Shown here piece by piece: positions 40,894-56,789 of a stretch of DNA of 64,000 bases. How positions within the stretch are numbered: the first letter of the stretch is position 1; each line of letters opens with the position of its first letter. Source of the DNA: the human T2T-CHM13v2.0 reference genome, Homo sapiens. Both the position numbers and the translations under genes were made by a program. Where the stretch lies: NCBI RefSeq assembly GCF_009914755.1, contig NC_060947.1. The stretch is one strand, 5' to 3'. Under the pieces are notes generated by a model. That model was not told the DNA's origin. It was given only the letters and a program-made list of their open reading frames with translations, and did not search any database.

Positions 40894-43225
40894 GCTTTAT
40901 ACACATACACAGATAAATTACGTTGCATGTCAGCTTTCCTTCAAAATGAAGGATTCTACCAAAATATATGACTTCATTTTAGTAAGTAGAAATCTATATG
41001 ACTATGATTAAGGACATTCACTGATAGCTGATATATTCTAGGTGTCTATCCCATTTCCACATTTATAATACAATGCATTCCCTAAAACTGCTTTACCCAG
41101 TGAATCATTGTAGATTGTACCGAGCTCATGCATGATTAATTAATCTGCACAATATGCATGGGGCCACAAAGAGAAATCACTAAAGAGAAAAAGAAGATAA
41201 AGTTATGAAATAAAAATTCAATTGTCCTATATAATGAACTTGCTTCATACACAATACCATTTTCCTGTAGATAAACAAATGGATAGTCATTACCCAACCC
41301 ATGCTGTTGAGATTCTGACATAAAATTACTGTGAGTAAACAACAATTACATATATCAAGGAAAAGACATTTTACATAGCCACCTAAGTGGAAGGAGGAGC
41401 ATAGTCACTGTATGTCCCTCTACCTTTCTATAATATTTAAATTCATGATTAACAAGAAAGAAAGGATTTTTTTTTTAATGCAGACAATCCCCATTCACAA
41501 TCCTCTGTTTGAGTGCATAGCTGGAGAGCTAAATCTTTAGAAAATATCAGTTTTCAAGGAAAGTGGGTTTTAGTAAAAGTTTTTTTGAAAAAATAGGAGG
41601 GATTAATAATACACTAATCTCCTTAGTAACTGAAGCTAATTTATGAGAACTATAAACTTTCATCTATTTCCAACATTAAAAGCAGAGAATAAGTCAACCA
41701 GAAAAGTATTTATGGCTAGCTACCAAAATTAAAATTGATTATCTTTTGGGCAGAAGTAACCAGATCTTTGGATTGGAGGGAAGACAAGGGATCTAGTCCC
41801 TGTTCTGCAACCAAGATATTGTGCAGCTTTAAGCAAGTCCTTAGGACTCTCAAATCTTGGTTTTCTCCAGACAATATTAAATGTTGGACCAGTTGTGTGT
41901 CTCTAAAGCTCTTTGCAGCTCAAAAGCAATCTATGCTTAACCATTAATGTGGGTTTGTTTTAATAATTTCATTTTTGTTAATGTATAAAAGCATAACTTC
42001 TAAAGACATTTAAGTCTTAGGTTGTGTCCATGATGATGCATGCTGGATGACTCAATGAAAAAGGGAACCATGATTTATCATATGGTTAATTCAGGGTTTA
42101 GGTATTTGATTTCTTCACTTGGCATACAGTGAAAATGTTGACATGGATTACTGCCCTCTAACAAAAATATTTTTTTATCATATTTGGCCAGAAATCTGTG
42201 TGTGACAAAGAGTAGGGTTCAAACAACAGATGAGCATATCAGCCTCAGCAGCTTTGCCTCCTCCCTTCCTCCTAACAGTTGTCCTCCCCGCTTTCCTATC
42301 TCTCTCCAACATCATTAATCAAAACCAAGGCTTAACTATAAATAGGCACTGGAATTGATTTAACTAACTTTAACATGGAGGGAAAGGGCTGGGGTAGGTT
42401 CCAAATTGGCTACATTTCACTTCATTCCTGAGGATTTTCCAGCAAGGTCTAAGCCTCCTGCTGCCCTCCTCTCCCTCACAGTCTTCACTGTCCCTCTGTA
42501 TTATAACTAACTACAGGCTTCCTTTGCTCTGACTTTGTAGGACAATCTCCTAATTGTCTTAATTTCCCAAATGCAATGCCTGTGCTCAATTCCAATGAGG
42601 TCATACACAAAGTCATAGAGATATCTGTAGAAATCATTCAAAAATATCTAATTTTTATTAGTCTGATCAATACTCCAAATATAGAATTTGACTACAAATA
42701 AAGCAGGTTTATGGAGGCTTTTGTTAATCACAAATAAAGAAGAAGCAAAAGCATAATCAAGTCAGGGCATAAGGTAATAAGGCATCTAAAATGTTGAACT
42801 ACCAAGAAGTGCAATTAAAAAAACAAACTTTTTTTGAAAAACTTCCTTCTATGACTTCTGGTTAAGAAAGAATTTTAAGTTCATGCTATATGGTGTCCCC
42901 ATTGCTCGAAACATGCAATTGTGATAAGTGAAATATAACAAAAGAATACTGAAAAGACAATGCCAGAATATAAATTAAGATATACATCCTCAGGACCAGT
43001 AATAGTGAGTGTGGTTGAAGCCAAAGCCTGATGGGTGCTGAGCCCCAAATCAGGCAGTGAGACAGAGAAATCTCTTTCCAATGGGAGACGAAAAGTCCTC
43101 TACTTACTATGAAAGGCTGAAGCCAGGCTTTAGGCTTAAAGCTGGACTGGATTTGGCACCCTTTCCTTGATAAAGGAAGCTAACATCAGACATTGCCAAT
43201 TGACTCCAGGGTTTACAGGTTTTAC

Positions 43226-43449
43226 CACCGGTTATCAAGGGGGAGTCAGTGACTTTCTTCCCCAGAGGACATTTGGCCAATGTCTGGAGACATTTTTGGT
43301 GGTCATAACTGGAGGGAAGTTGGCACTAGTTGCATTTAGTGAGTAGAGGCTGGGGATGTTTCTAAACATTCTACAATGCAAAGGACAGCTCTACACAACA
43401 AAGAATCATCCGGTCCAAAATGTCAACAGTGCCCTACTGAGAAAACCTG
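43226..43449 (+). mobile_element. MER20
   Basis: ggacatttggccaatgtctggagacattttt...aaaatgtcaacagtgcc. Confidence 0.85.
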
Positions 43450-43699
43450 GTTTATATGAAGTTAAAACCTAAAAACCTACAGATTTAAAAGACGTCAACA
43501 CAGCCTCTGTCTAGACAAAGATCTGAAACAAGCTGCTCCTGGCCTGGAGACTGGCTCTGCATTATTTTACTATAGGGCAGGAGCTCCAAACCATCACCTA
43601 AAATGTGGTTTTGTCCTGGGGACCCCGGTGGACATCAACTGAAAAATACCAGCCACAAAAAGAAGCTCATACAGAGAGAGAAAGTGGGTGAGAGAGAGA

Positions 43700-44740
43700 G
43701 AACGGACATACATGAACAGAGAGCAAGAGACAGAAGAACACAAACAAAAAATTCACTCAAAATTAGCCTGTGAATCAAAATCCCAAAACATGTGAAGAAA
43801 TATAACACTGAAGAAGACAGCCAATATATCAATATCCAGAATATGAGTTTACTGTGGTGAAATTAATTTTATAAAATAGCTTGACAAAGACTTCAAAACA
43901 AGCATGTTTAAAATACTCAGGAAGATAGATGAAATCACATGTATAAAAATCAAACAAATTATGACACAAAATCAGGCAGAAAGGAGATAAGAATAGGTGA
44001 ATATAAATAAGATTTGAAAAAAAATGGTGTTTTAAAAGGAAAAATTCAAAAGATAGGATAAACTTTAGATTTGAGGCAGCTGGTAAGTGTTTTAGTGAAT
44101 TAGATTTTGATACCAAAAAATTTACCCAGAAGCCAGCAAAAAGAGAAAAAGTAATCAAAACTTGTAAAGGAGCATTTAAGAATCAGGGCAGATGGTTTGA
44201 GAGCCTCTAGCTTCAAAGGCTTACTTAAAATTTAGAACTTATGTTTAGAGATTTTTTTTTAATGAAGAACGGTATTTGAACATTAATATCCAAGAGTTTT
44301 CCAGAATCAGAAAAAAATGAGAATCCTCAGTTGAAAGTACCCTATGAGTATTCAGAAACATAAATACAAATAAGTCCTACACCTAGACACATTTTAGTCA
44401 AACTGCAAAATATCAGTCTTAAAATTTAGCAGAGACAAAATACAGTTTGACCTGTGAAGAAGTTACTATCATACACACAGATTTCTGATCATGAACAACA
44501 AATGGTAGAAGAACCTGAAGCAATGCCTTTTAAAGTGATGAGGAAAAATAACTGCCAATATAAAATTCTACTCCCAGAGAAACCATCATGCAATGTTAAA
44601 ATAATGATATTACAAAATATAAAACATTAAGACTGTTTAACACCCACAGGCACTCATTAAAAGAACTATGAAAGGATTCATTTCAGCAAAAAGATATGTG
44701 AATTCAAGGGAAAGGCATAGGACAAAGGAAACAATTTTGT
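43700..44740 (+). mobile_element. Ancient L1/HAL1 ORF1-like relic
   Basis: cacctagacacattttagtcaaactgc and aaattctactcccag motifs; A-rich. Confidence 0.6.
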
Positions 44741-45970
44741 GTGTCTCATCAATGAAAAACAAGTGACATTGCTGTGGTATGTAAGCTGCTTCACTCTCAG
44801 AAATGCCAAATGCCCTTGAGTTTAGTTGTTCTAATATTTTACCTCATACTTCCCACTTTAATATATTGCTTTTAATTTCACTATGAAAGAAAATTCTACT
44901 TTCAAGTGAAGAGATGAATAATAAATTTGGGCAAGGAAAAGCATTTAGAGAATTTAATAGGAATTGTAAATGACCAGAATAAATCAATTATACATGGAAA
45001 AAAATGTACCAAAGAAACAGAAAGACTGTTCAGAGAAATAGTTACCAAACCAGGGGGTTGGGGGAAGATAGGTAGGAGAAGGGTCTAGAACCATAAAAAA
45101 TGGGGAGAACTATTGTAACCTGGACCCTGCTGTGTCACAAAAATGACTGATTACTTTAACTGCTTAATCTGAAAAATAAGGGATTGAGGGAAATCAAATT
45201 TCCTTGATCCTAGATCAAAGATGTTGGTTAATCTAAAAGGTTATCATTATGGTATCTTTAAGCTGTACTATTTAGCATAAATGATCTAGTAGTCACAAGT
45301 ATAAAATATTAACCTTGAAATGTGTATATGGATTAGAAATTTTGCTGTTTCCAAGAAAACATTTTGTATTTTTTTAATGGCTCTATGCCAAGTTTTTAGT
45401 AGTATATATTCAATAAAGACCATGGAACAAAAATATAGTAATTATCAACAACCTAAGTAAAATCTTAATATTTATAAGTCAAAGAACCATGTTCTATGTT
45501 ACCTTTACCATTTGCTGATAAAATTGCAAAAGATGAGATCTGGAAAAAGAAGGATGCCCACTTTCACCACTTTTATTCAACATAGTGCTGGATGTCATAG
45601 CCAGAGCAATAAGACGAGGAAAATAAATAAAGGACATCTAAATTGGAAAGGAATAAGTCAAATTGTCCTTGTTTGCAGACAATATAATCATGTATTTAGG
45701 AAAACCTAAAGACTCTTTAAAAAAATCCTAAAGACTCTGCCAAAAAAATGTTAGAGTTGATAAACAGATTCAGTAAAGTTGTAGTATACAAAATCCACAT
45801 ACAAAAATTAGTAGCATTTCTAGATGCCAACAGCAAACAATCTCAAAAAAGAAATCAAGAAAGCTATTTATAATAGCTACCAAAAAATACCTAGGAATAA
45901 ACTTAACCAAAAAGCAAAAGATCTGTGCAATAAAAACTATGAAACACTGATTTTAAAAAACTGAAGAGGA

Positions 45971-46358
<388 letters not shown>

Positions 46359-47113
46359 TTACGGATTCAATGCAATCCCTATCAAAATACCAATGACATT
46401 CTTCACAGAAATAGGAAATCCTAAAATTTGTATGCAACCACAATAGAAAACAGAATAGCCAAAGCAATCCTGACCAAAAAGTATAAATCTAGAGGCATCA
46501 CACTACTTGACTTCAAAATATATTGCAAAGCTATAGCAACCAAGCGGCATGGTACTGGCATAAAAATAGACACAGACCAATGGAACAAAATAGAGAGCCC
46601 TGAAATAAATCCACACTTTATAGCCTACTCACTTTACACAAAGGTACAAAAACATACAATGGGGAAAGGACAGTCTTTTCCACAAATGATGCTAGGAAAA
46701 CTGAATATCCATATGCAGAAGAATGAAACTAGACCCCTATCTCTCATCATATGCAAAAATAAAATCAAAATGAATTAAAGACTTAAACCTATGACCCGAA
46801 AGTATGAAACTACTAGAAGAAAACAACAGGGCAAATGCTTCAGGACACTGGTCTGGGCAAAGATTTCTTGAGTAAGACCTCAAAAACTCAGGCAACCAAA
46901 GCAAAAATTGACAAATCAGATAACATCAAGCTAAAAAGCTTCTGCAGTGGAAAGGAAACAATCAAGAAAGTAAAGAGAAAACATACAGAATGGGAGGAAA
47001 TATTTGTCAACTATTCATCTGACGTTAACAACCTGAATATATAAGGAACTCAAACAACTCAATAGCAAATAATAATCATCCAATTTTTAAATGGGCAAAA
47101 GATCTGAATTTCT

Positions 47114-47497
<384 letters not shown>

Positions 47498-47828
47498 TGA
47501 TATCGTATCAACCAAATTAAAATGGCTTATATCCAAAAGACAGAAAATAACAAATGCGGATGGAATGTGGAGAAAAGGCAATGCTAGTATACTGTTGGTG
47601 GTAATGTAAATTAGTATAGCCATTATGGAAAACAATATGAATTTTCAAAAACTAAAAATAGAACTGTAACACCATATGATCCAGCAATTCTATTGCTGGA
47701 TATACATCCAAAAGAAAGAAAATGCATCTGTCAAAGATATATCTGCATTCCCATGTTTTTTACAGCACTATTCACAATAGTCAAGATATAGTATCCATCA
47801 ATGGATTGATGGATAAAGAAAATGTGGA

Positions 47829-47882
47829 GTGTGTGTGTGTGTGTGTGTGTGTATATGTATATATGTTTACGTGTGTGTGTGT
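47829..47882 (+). repeat. (TG)n/(TA)n microsatellite inside L1
   Basis: Directly visible. Confidence 0.9.
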
Positions 47883-48499
47883 TTAATAGAATATTATTCA
47901 GTCATAAAAAGGACTGAAATCTTGTCACTTGAAGCAATACAGATATAACTGGAGGACATTATGTTAGTGAAGTAAGTCAAGCACAGAAAAATACTTCACG
48001 TTCTCACTCATATGTGGGAGCTAAAAAGGTGTATCTCATGGAGACAGTGAATAGAATGGTGGTTACCAGAGGCTGGGAAGGGTAGTGGGGAGGAATGAAG
48101 AGGGCTCGGCTAATAAATACAAAAATAAAGTTAGATAGAAGGAATAAGATCAGGTATTCTGTAATAGGACAAATATAGTTAACAGTAATTTGTTATATAT
48201 TTCAAAATAGGTAAAAGAGAAGATTTGAAATGTTCCCAACACAAATAAATGACAAATGTTTGAGGTGATGGATATCCCAATTACCCAGATTTGATCATTA
48301 CACATTGTATGCTTGTAACAAAATATCACATGTACCCCGTAAATATATACAACTGTGATGTATCCATGAAAATGAAAAATGAAAAAAATTACAAAAGAGT
48401 CATTAAGTTTCCAATAACTACTGAAATTTTGTACTAAGTGTATGCCAAATCTCTAAACAGTGCCTGGTCTATAATATATTCTCAACACATTTTCACAAA

Positions 48500-50090
48500 T
48501 AAATAAAATAAAATACCATGAAAAAACAGAATAAGAGAAAAGCAAAAATTGATGAAATATAAAACAAGATGTAATAAAATATATGTAAAAGCAAAAGCTA
48601 GTTTTTTTACTGACAAACTAGTAAAATGGCAACCTGTAAGTCAGATATGCCAAAATAAAATATACATATACACAATATTAAGAATTCAAAAAATACAAAT
48701 ACAATAAAATCTTAAATCAGAATAATATGAATGTAATATAATAAATTTCAAAACTTGGATAAAATGGATAATTTTCAAGAAACATATAAATTACAAAAAC
48801 TACTCAAGAGAAAACATAAAACCAGAACAAATAAATAACCATCAGAGAAATTCAATTGTCAATTTGAAGTCTGCCTTGAAAATGATATCCAGGCTCACAG
48901 GGTTTTATGATCTGTACAGACTATTTCAGAAAATGGAAAAAAATTACCCAATTCTCTGAAAGAAGCTAAAATGTTCTTTATACTAATTTGATAAGGACTG
49001 TATAAAAAATTAAAATATGAGAACTACCTGACAATGAACACAGATGTTAAAGTCTGGAAGAAAATATAGCAGGTATTTCTTAATGCATCATAAAATGTAC
49101 ATCAGGAATGCAAGGATGGTTCAATGGAAAAGCAAATCTAAAAATGAAAACACCACATTAGTAACTTACACATGAAAACCTATATCTGCATCTCATTGTA
49201 TTTACCAAAAAATCCATAAAATTCATTACTCATTATTTTAAAAACTCTTAACAAAAATTAAAGAACTCCCAATTTTTAACTTGATAGACATTATTTTAAA
49301 ATCTAAGACAAGATGTTAGATCACCACTTTCCCTCCAAACTTTTCTGAAGGCCACAATCAATGTAAATAAAACAAAACAAAAATAAAGGAGTTAAGATGT
49401 CTAAGAATTGGAAAGAAAGAGATAAAACAGCCCATACTGGCAAAAATATGATGATATTCCAAAGAAAATCTCAGAAATTCATAGAAAAACTATTAGAACA
49501 AGTTAGATAATTCAGCAAGGTTGTTTAATCAAGATCAACATTCAATCAATGCCCTTGCTATATCAGAGTAATAACAAATTAGAAAGTAAACATACCATAC
49601 AAAAAAAATCAATGATAATCCTAAGGTTCCTAGGAATACATGCAAGAAAATTCATACAGGGTATGTTGAAAAAGTTTTAAAATATTGCTAATAACATATA
49701 ATATTACTTTAGTAAATGGAGAGATATACCATTTCATGACATGAAGTCTCAATATCATATGTGTGCCAATTTTCCTAAATTAATATACAAATGCAAAACA
49801 ATTCCACACAATATTCCAACATGATTAATCAGGAACTAGATAAGCATACCATAGAACTTATGTAAATGAAGAAGTGTTGAAGAATAGCCAAGAAAATTTT
49901 GAAGAATACTCTGTTCATCAATAGGAAAAGAGATAAAATAATTGATATTATACTCATAAAATGGAATATTATATAACAATTAAAATGGATAATTAGAACT
50001 ATGCTGAGTAAAGAAAATATGTTGCAGAATAATGCCTATCAAATAATACCACTTACAGAGATTTTTTTAAACATGCAAAAATGCTGTTTA
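48500..50090 (+). mobile_element. Ancient L1M ORF2 and 3' relic
   Basis: caggaatgcaaggatggttcaa; aaactattagaac...ttcagcaagg; aaatggagagatataccat. Confidence 0.7.
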
Positions 50091-50164
50091 GTCATTAATA
50101 CATAATACACAGGTCACAATAAATTGTCTTTATTATTATGCTTCTCCCAGTAATTAGGTCAAAG

Positions 50165-50375
50165 TGATTAGGAACCCACATCTGGCTTCAAGTCTTAGCT
50201 TTGCCCTTATTGTGTGATTTTGAGCATATTATCTAATCTCTGGTCCTCAGTTTCCTCATCTGTAAAGTGGAGAATTAACATTATTTACATGAGATTAATG
50301 AGAGATAAAATGCAATTACTAATCTAATTCACTCAGTACCTGGCGTAATAAGTAGTAATTTCTCATTAAGTGATG
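50165..50375 (+). mobile_element. MIR
   Basis: cctcagtttcctcatctgtaaagtgg. Confidence 0.8.
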
Positions 50376-51524
50376 ATTGCTATGGTAGACATCATTTCCA
50401 CTATGGAGTTCAGAGACTGGTATATGCAACCTTCAAGCCTTCAGGTAGTGTACACTATTCAGAATAAAACTACTGTTTCCAAAAAATTAATATCCCTAAT
50501 GGTTAGTTTTCCAGTCAATTCACTGCTTTTTGTCTCTATTTTTAGACCCACAGGTAAACTTTCATTAACAATGTAATATAAAAGTGAATGTCACTGGTAA
50601 TTTGAGAATAAGTTGAAACAAAGATGAGGCATTTTTATTTGCAATAAAGCAATTCAATATCCAATTGTTTATTAGGCCACAGCTTTAAAAACAGCTGACT
50701 TGGGTAGTATTTGAGATTTTAGAAGAAAACAAAATGTACTAGATAGATCTGTCTGTCATCTAAAATGGTTGACATAGAGGAAAATATTTATGATTGTGCT
50801 GTCATGGCTAAGCTTCTGAAATAGACATCACAAAGTGATTTCACAGACAATTATTTGAAAGATACAGGGAAAATTCTATTATGGTTACATTTGAAAAGCA
50901 ACTTTTCCCCCAACATCATCTTCTGATTCAGTAAAGGTATAAGTGAATCTGTAAAGAGGGAATTGTATTATTGTGTAATGCTGAGGATTTAAAGGATTTC
51001 TTATTGAAAGCTTACTAGTTTCTTTTTACAAAGCTTTCTTTTAAAACAGCTATATTCTCTGCATATTTTGCATACGTGCAAATGGTAGCAAGACAACATT
51101 TCTTTCTGTGATACTCTACAGCTAGTTGGGTCATCAGAGCATGAAGAGATTCTAACCATTCACAATTTTAGGTACTGCTGTGAACTAGAATAATAATAGC
51201 CATTTCCTCCAGAGCTCACCATCTAAGTGTCGCTAAAAATCTGCTACGTGAAAGCAAGTGAGCAATGAACAGATCAACTCCTTTTCCCTAGTACGGAGTC
51301 TTTTCCACAAAATGGATATAAGAAACGTTTGGCAAAACTGGAATTGTTTTCTCCCTGCTTAAATATTTCATGTGGGTATAAATACTTCCTGTCTTGTTAT
51401 TAGCAGAAAATAATTATGTGTACTAATCATTCCATAATGTCCAACCACAGCTAATTTTGGTCATCTGCTTACAGTAAGTGTTTAATTATTATTACTGTCA
51501 TATGATCATCCCCATGCTTCAGAT

Positions 51525-51526
<2 letters not shown>

Positions 51527-51560
<34 letters not shown>
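51527..51560 (+). repeat. (GT)17 microsatellite
   Basis: Directly visible. Confidence 0.97.
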
Positions 51561-51563
<3 letters not shown>

Positions 51564-51939
51564 CACGAGCTAGAGCTCGAGTCTTACAGATCTTCTATCT
51601 TTACTATCTTTACACATCTATACAAAATTACTTAGTTCATTCCAAGAGACAGCTAGGAAAGGAGGGAACCTGCCTACTTTCCTCCATCTCCACCACCTTC
51701 ATCTGCCATTACCTTTAGTGGCTTCAACATCAGAGCATACAATTACCTCACAGTTCCACAGTTCTCTTAGGTCCAGAGAATTCTGTATTTGCAATTCATG
51801 AGTGTGGTCACCCCATCTTAGATATCTGCCATCACTTGGAAGTGCTTGACCTACAAATGTTCTCTGACTACCAACTTCTATCCTTCAATTTAACATATGT
51901 CTTTAATCTTTCTACATGTGCTCTTTGTGGTCATTTTTC

Positions 51940-52065
51940 ACTCATTCATTTATGCATTCATTCATTAACAAATATTGATATTTATAATGTATGCCAAGCA
52001 CTGCACTTGGAACATGGAATAAAATGATAAACAAGACAAACATGATCCCTGATCTAATAAAGCAA
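51940..52065 (-). mobile_element. L2 3' end
   Basis: cattcattcattaacaaatattga...atgccaagcactg. Confidence 0.65.
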
Positions 52066-52550
52066 TTATGAATATAAATATTATATATATTCATATATAT
52101 ATTCTCAATAGGACATTGAATCCTTAATAAAAATTTACTATAAGTCACTCTTAAATCACAAAGGAAGCATTCCATTATTAAAGCACATACTCCCACGAAT
52201 TGTAAGACAAAGGCATTGCCTCTGTATCCAGGAATAAGCCGCTCCCCAAGGCACTGAGTGGCCACAGGATGGCTGGGCTGAGGCTCGCATTCACACACCC
52301 TTAAGAGTTCCCTGCCAAACCTGACCTCATGTTTCAACCACAAACACACAGCTAATAATAGCTTCTGCTCTTAACTTACAAAATACAATTCTTAAAGGCA
52401 ATTTTTGAGAACCAGCCAGATTTCCAAAAGAAAAATTTCCAAAGCCTAACCAGTAACTACTACCAAAACAAAACTTCTCCCAGCAGGCATATGGCACTTT
52501 CAAGTCTCACCAGCAAAGTCCTTTGAAAAGAATCGAAGCTCCCCCAACTA

Positions 52551-52570
52551 GTGTGTGTGTGTGTGTGTGT
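52551..52570 (+). repeat. (GT)10 microsatellite
   Basis: Directly visible. Confidence 0.9.
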
Positions 52571-53034
52571 ATTCACCCTACAGGTCAAGTCTATTAATTA
52601 CCTCCTGCCAGTTTCTGTTGTCTCAAAGTGACAAGCAATGGGTGGAAAGCTTTTGGGATAGGATCAACAAAAATGTATTACCAAATATATATATATGATA
52701 GATAGATAGAAAGTTGTTAGTAGAATTTGGCATGTGTTTAGTAGCTCTGAGGGAAATGTTTATGTAAAGCGTTACATTCAGTTAAAAAGAAAAGATGCAG
52801 TGTCATATGTTTTCCACCCTTCAATTTAAAAATCTGATTATAACCTCTTCAATACACTATTTAGGCTACTTGTAAAAGCAAGACATCCAAGAGGTCCAAG
52901 TCAAATGATTTCCAAAAGGGCAGATTATGAAACATATAGACATCAAATCCCACTTATGATATAGATGCCTGGGCCCTATAAATCTGTGGACAAATAAAAT
53001 CCATCCTCTGTGCAGTTCTGTCAGGTCAAAAAGA

Positions 53035-53190
53035 TGCTATGAGGGTGGGGACCATGTCTCTTCTGTTCACAAATGTATGTCTACTGCCTAGTGCAGTTAG
53101 CAAGATGGCTGGCATGTACTCAATAAACATTTGATGTTTGAGTTAATGATGAATGAAAGGATGGATGGATGGATGGATGGATGGACAGAC
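53035..53190 (+). mobile_element. L2 3' end with (GGAT)n tail
   Basis: atgagggtggggaccatgtc...actcaataaacatttg...(ggat)n. Confidence 0.7.
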
Positions 53191-53782
53191 AGAAAAGCAG
53201 ATGAATGCAGATAGTTACCTGGACAGGCGGAGAATGAGTAGGGGTAGAGAATAATCAATGATTTAGGAAAAGATTTCTGACCAATGTTAACGACATTCTT
53301 CCTTTGACTGGCAATAAGACAAAATACTCTGAGCAAAGCTTTGAAGTTAGATGAATCAAAGTGTGGATCCTGAAGCGACCTTTGATTAAGTATGCAATGT
53401 TAATATGAATAGCATCACCTTTTTTGTCCGATTTCCTCATCGCTAAAATTGAAAAATAAAATTTATTTGTAGGATTATCGAGAGGATGGGATGGAGTAAC
53501 AATGAAAGCGGCCGCTTGGCTGCCTGGCCAGGCACTGTTTTTTTTAAAATGCTGGGACAAGGTAAATTGAAGAGAGTTGATGATTGTCTCTATGCCAAAG
53601 GACATGTCACTCATGTAAATGGAACAGAGATAATAGTTCAGATAATTCAGGCCCCTGGAAATCTACAATCATTTCAAATATGCATAGATAAAAGATCTTG
53701 TGCAATGTCTGTGTTGTAGCCATATGTCTTTAAGTAAAATGCTCATCAAAATAATCAACTCTTCCCTCAAAAAGGTAAAATG

Positions 53783-54127
<345 letters not shown>

Positions 54128-54194
54128 CTAAGTGTTCCAATGTTATTTTAAGAGATCACAAACTACGGGCAAAGGGAGGCACAAAAGTCTACAG

Positions 54195-54526
54195 CAGGGA
54201 GCAGCAAACATTTTCTGTAAAGGATCAAATAAAAACTATTTTAGGCTTTGATAGCCATCCAGTGTCTGTCACAGCTACTCAAATCTGCTATAAAAGCGCC
54301 AAAGCTGCCACAGACAATATGTAAATAAAATGGGTGTAGCTATGTCCCAATAAAGCTTTATTTGGACCTTGAAATTTGAATTTCATGTCATTTTCATGTC
54401 ATAAAATATTGTTTTGATTTTTTCCACCATTAAAAATATAAAAAGCATTCTTTGCTCACAGGATGTACAAAAATGCATGTATGAAAGGCTGAATTGGGCT
54501 CATGGGCCATAGTTTACTGACCCCTG
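54195..54526 (+). mobile_element. MER58B
   Basis: caggg...gacccctg termini; perfect 8-bp TSD gtctacag. Confidence 0.9.
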
Positions 54527-55319
54527 GTCTACAGAAGGTGGTTTTTAAATACCCAGCTAGAGTGCTTTAAGGACTCAGGAATATTTGCCTTAAATATGAT
54601 GTAAATGTTCTCCTAATCTGACAGTAAGAGTTAAGAATATAATATTTAATATTTCACCTAGAAATGAAGAACTATTGTTAAGCTACTCTATTAGTGAAAT
54701 TTGTGAATACTTAAAACATGCAGGTATTTGCTGCCAGACACAGATTAGCTAATATCTACATTTTCTAGCAAAGACATTAGATTAAGAAAACAAAAGTAAG
54801 GGGAAATAATTTTCTTCTGGTTTCAGCTTAATCAATTGTTGAAGTGTGTTTTAGAGTGATGACAATTGGAAAGGTATTAAATATACTTCATTTCCCAATA
54901 ATACATAACAACTTGCCATCCTGCTGCTAGAAAGCCTTTGGGGTTACCATTTATGTGACTTTATTAAAACCTGCCTTTATGGGTAGAGAATTGAAATACC
55001 TTAAACATAGCTTAACTATTAACATTTGCAAAGCTCCAATTTGATTTGAACACTAATCCTCTAAGTTAGAGACTTGGAATTATTTGTTCTATTCTTTATT
55101 TTCCTTTAGCAAATTGCAGCTTTAATTGACGTAATTATAACTCCCACAGATTCCGCATGAATGGTCACAGTGTGAAGAACATAATATAATTTCTACTTCT
55201 GTCTGGTACATTAAGACCCAGCAGGAACTGAGGAAATTAGAATTGTCAAATTAGAAATTTCCAGTTCTCACAAATACATGTATTTAAGTGGATGCCCTGC
55301 CATATGTAGTTTAAAACAT

Positions 55320-55742
55320 GCTGTAATGGGCACTGCTGGTAGCCACCACATCTTCTAAGATCCCTTTTACTAACTTTGTGTGTCCATCCCTTGGCTTTTG
55401 TGGGCTTTGCTGCTAGTGACTGGCACCTGTCCCCTTTGTGCTGAAGCCAGCTCACACATGCCAGAAGTGCCTGAGACACTTAGCCATTGACTGGTGTGTG
55501 AGTACCAATGCCCAGAGCCTTTGCCTCATGGTGGAACAAACTCTGAGGTATAATTTACCCTCCCAAGCACCCCGTGGGATCTAGGCTGACCCTGGGACTC
55601 CACCCAAAACTACACCCTTGCTTGGCTTCTTCCCCTTCCTACTCCACTACTGTTCTGGCTTCTTTCTAAAGCTCTTCCCTACAAATCACTAGCACTCAAA
55701 CCCTTAGCTCTGTCTGCTTTGTGGAGAATACAACCTAAAACA
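55320..55742 (+). mobile_element. LTR16-like solo LTR
   Basis: ggaacaaactctgaggt...aaatcactagcactcaaaccc...caacctaaaaca. Confidence 0.6.
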
Positions 55743-56429
55743 TATGCAATTGTCTAAATGCTGCTGGTAACAGCTACGGCTACCTGGACAAACATGCCTT
55801 GGTTTTTGTTTTACCTTTTCCCTTATAGTATTGGCTGTGTGTCAATACACCCTCCCTGTCCCAGTGCCATGAATGCCTTTGCAGAAACAGTCATAAGCTT
55901 GCCTATGAGTAGGATCTCTTTAAACTTACCTTTTGTTTCTCTCTACCTCCCCCATTACTTCTCCATACCTTCTTCTGAGGGACTGAGCCACTGGGAGACC
56001 TCCTGTGACCTGCCATGATGGGTCATTTTTAGCATCACTCCACTATACCCACTGTTTCCAATTCACTGACATTCCATCACCCTTTCATATTGCATGTAGC
56101 CTGTTGGAGTTCAATCAACCTATATTTACTGAGCACCTGCTTTGTGTGCTTATTCCTCATAGGAAATGTGGAAGTGGAAGGCGTCTGGACAGACTAGCAT
56201 TTGAGTTCTAAATCACAGTACTGACAAGCTGCACAACCTTGAACCATTCACTAGACAAGATGCATTGAGCTTCATTTTTCTGATCTATAATGAAGGAATT
56301 GATGCCTCCTTTGGAATTTGGTGAATGGATGTGGCTTTTTGTTTGAAATGGGGGTGTCTATTACATATCAGTCAAGGGCATGCCTGTCTCCAGCTCCCAG
56401 CTCTGTGCTAGCTGTGCTGCTCTCAGTAA

Positions 56430-56550
56430 GTTGCTTTTTGCCTATTTTCTGTAAAACAGCATTTATAGTGGTACCTGACTCAGAGTTGTTGTGAGGATCA
56501 AATAAGTTAATATTTGTAAAACAAATAAGGAGCACTTGATAAATGTTCAC
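56430..56550 (+). mobile_element. MIR 3' part
   Basis: tacctgactcagagttgttgtgaggatcaaataagttaat. Confidence 0.7.
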
Positions 56551-56616
56551 TGAAAAGCATTCTCCTATGTGTATATTTACTTATGGATTGAGTGGTTTAA
56601 GCCATGTGCTTGGCTA

Positions 56617-56760
56617 TTTTTTTTTTTTTTTTTGAGACAGGGTCTCACTCTGTCTCCCAGGCTCCCAAAGGTTTGGGACTGCAGGTGTGCACCACCATGC
56701 CCAGCTGATTTTTCTTTAATTTTTTGTAGAGATGGGGTCTGCCTATGTTGCCCAGGCTGG
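56617..56760 (-). mobile_element. Deleted AluJ fragment
   Basis: Poly-T then gagacagggtctcactctg...atgttgcccaggctgg. Confidence 0.8.
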
Positions 56761-56789
56761 TAATTATTTTTATTTAAATTCTTAATAAG

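Noticed and set aside
50525-50560. Plus-strand tttAG|acccacag|GTAAAC 8-nt micro-exon pattern
   Set aside because: Very short, no other support, and on the opposite strand to the inferred host
51555-51585. CpG-containing palindromes (cgagct-ag-agctcg, SacI/XhoI sites) after the (GT)n, resembling a polylinker
   Set aside because: Too short; no vector sequence nearby
53270-53530. Scattered CpGs and a NotI site
   Set aside because: GC content and CpG density are far below CpG-island level
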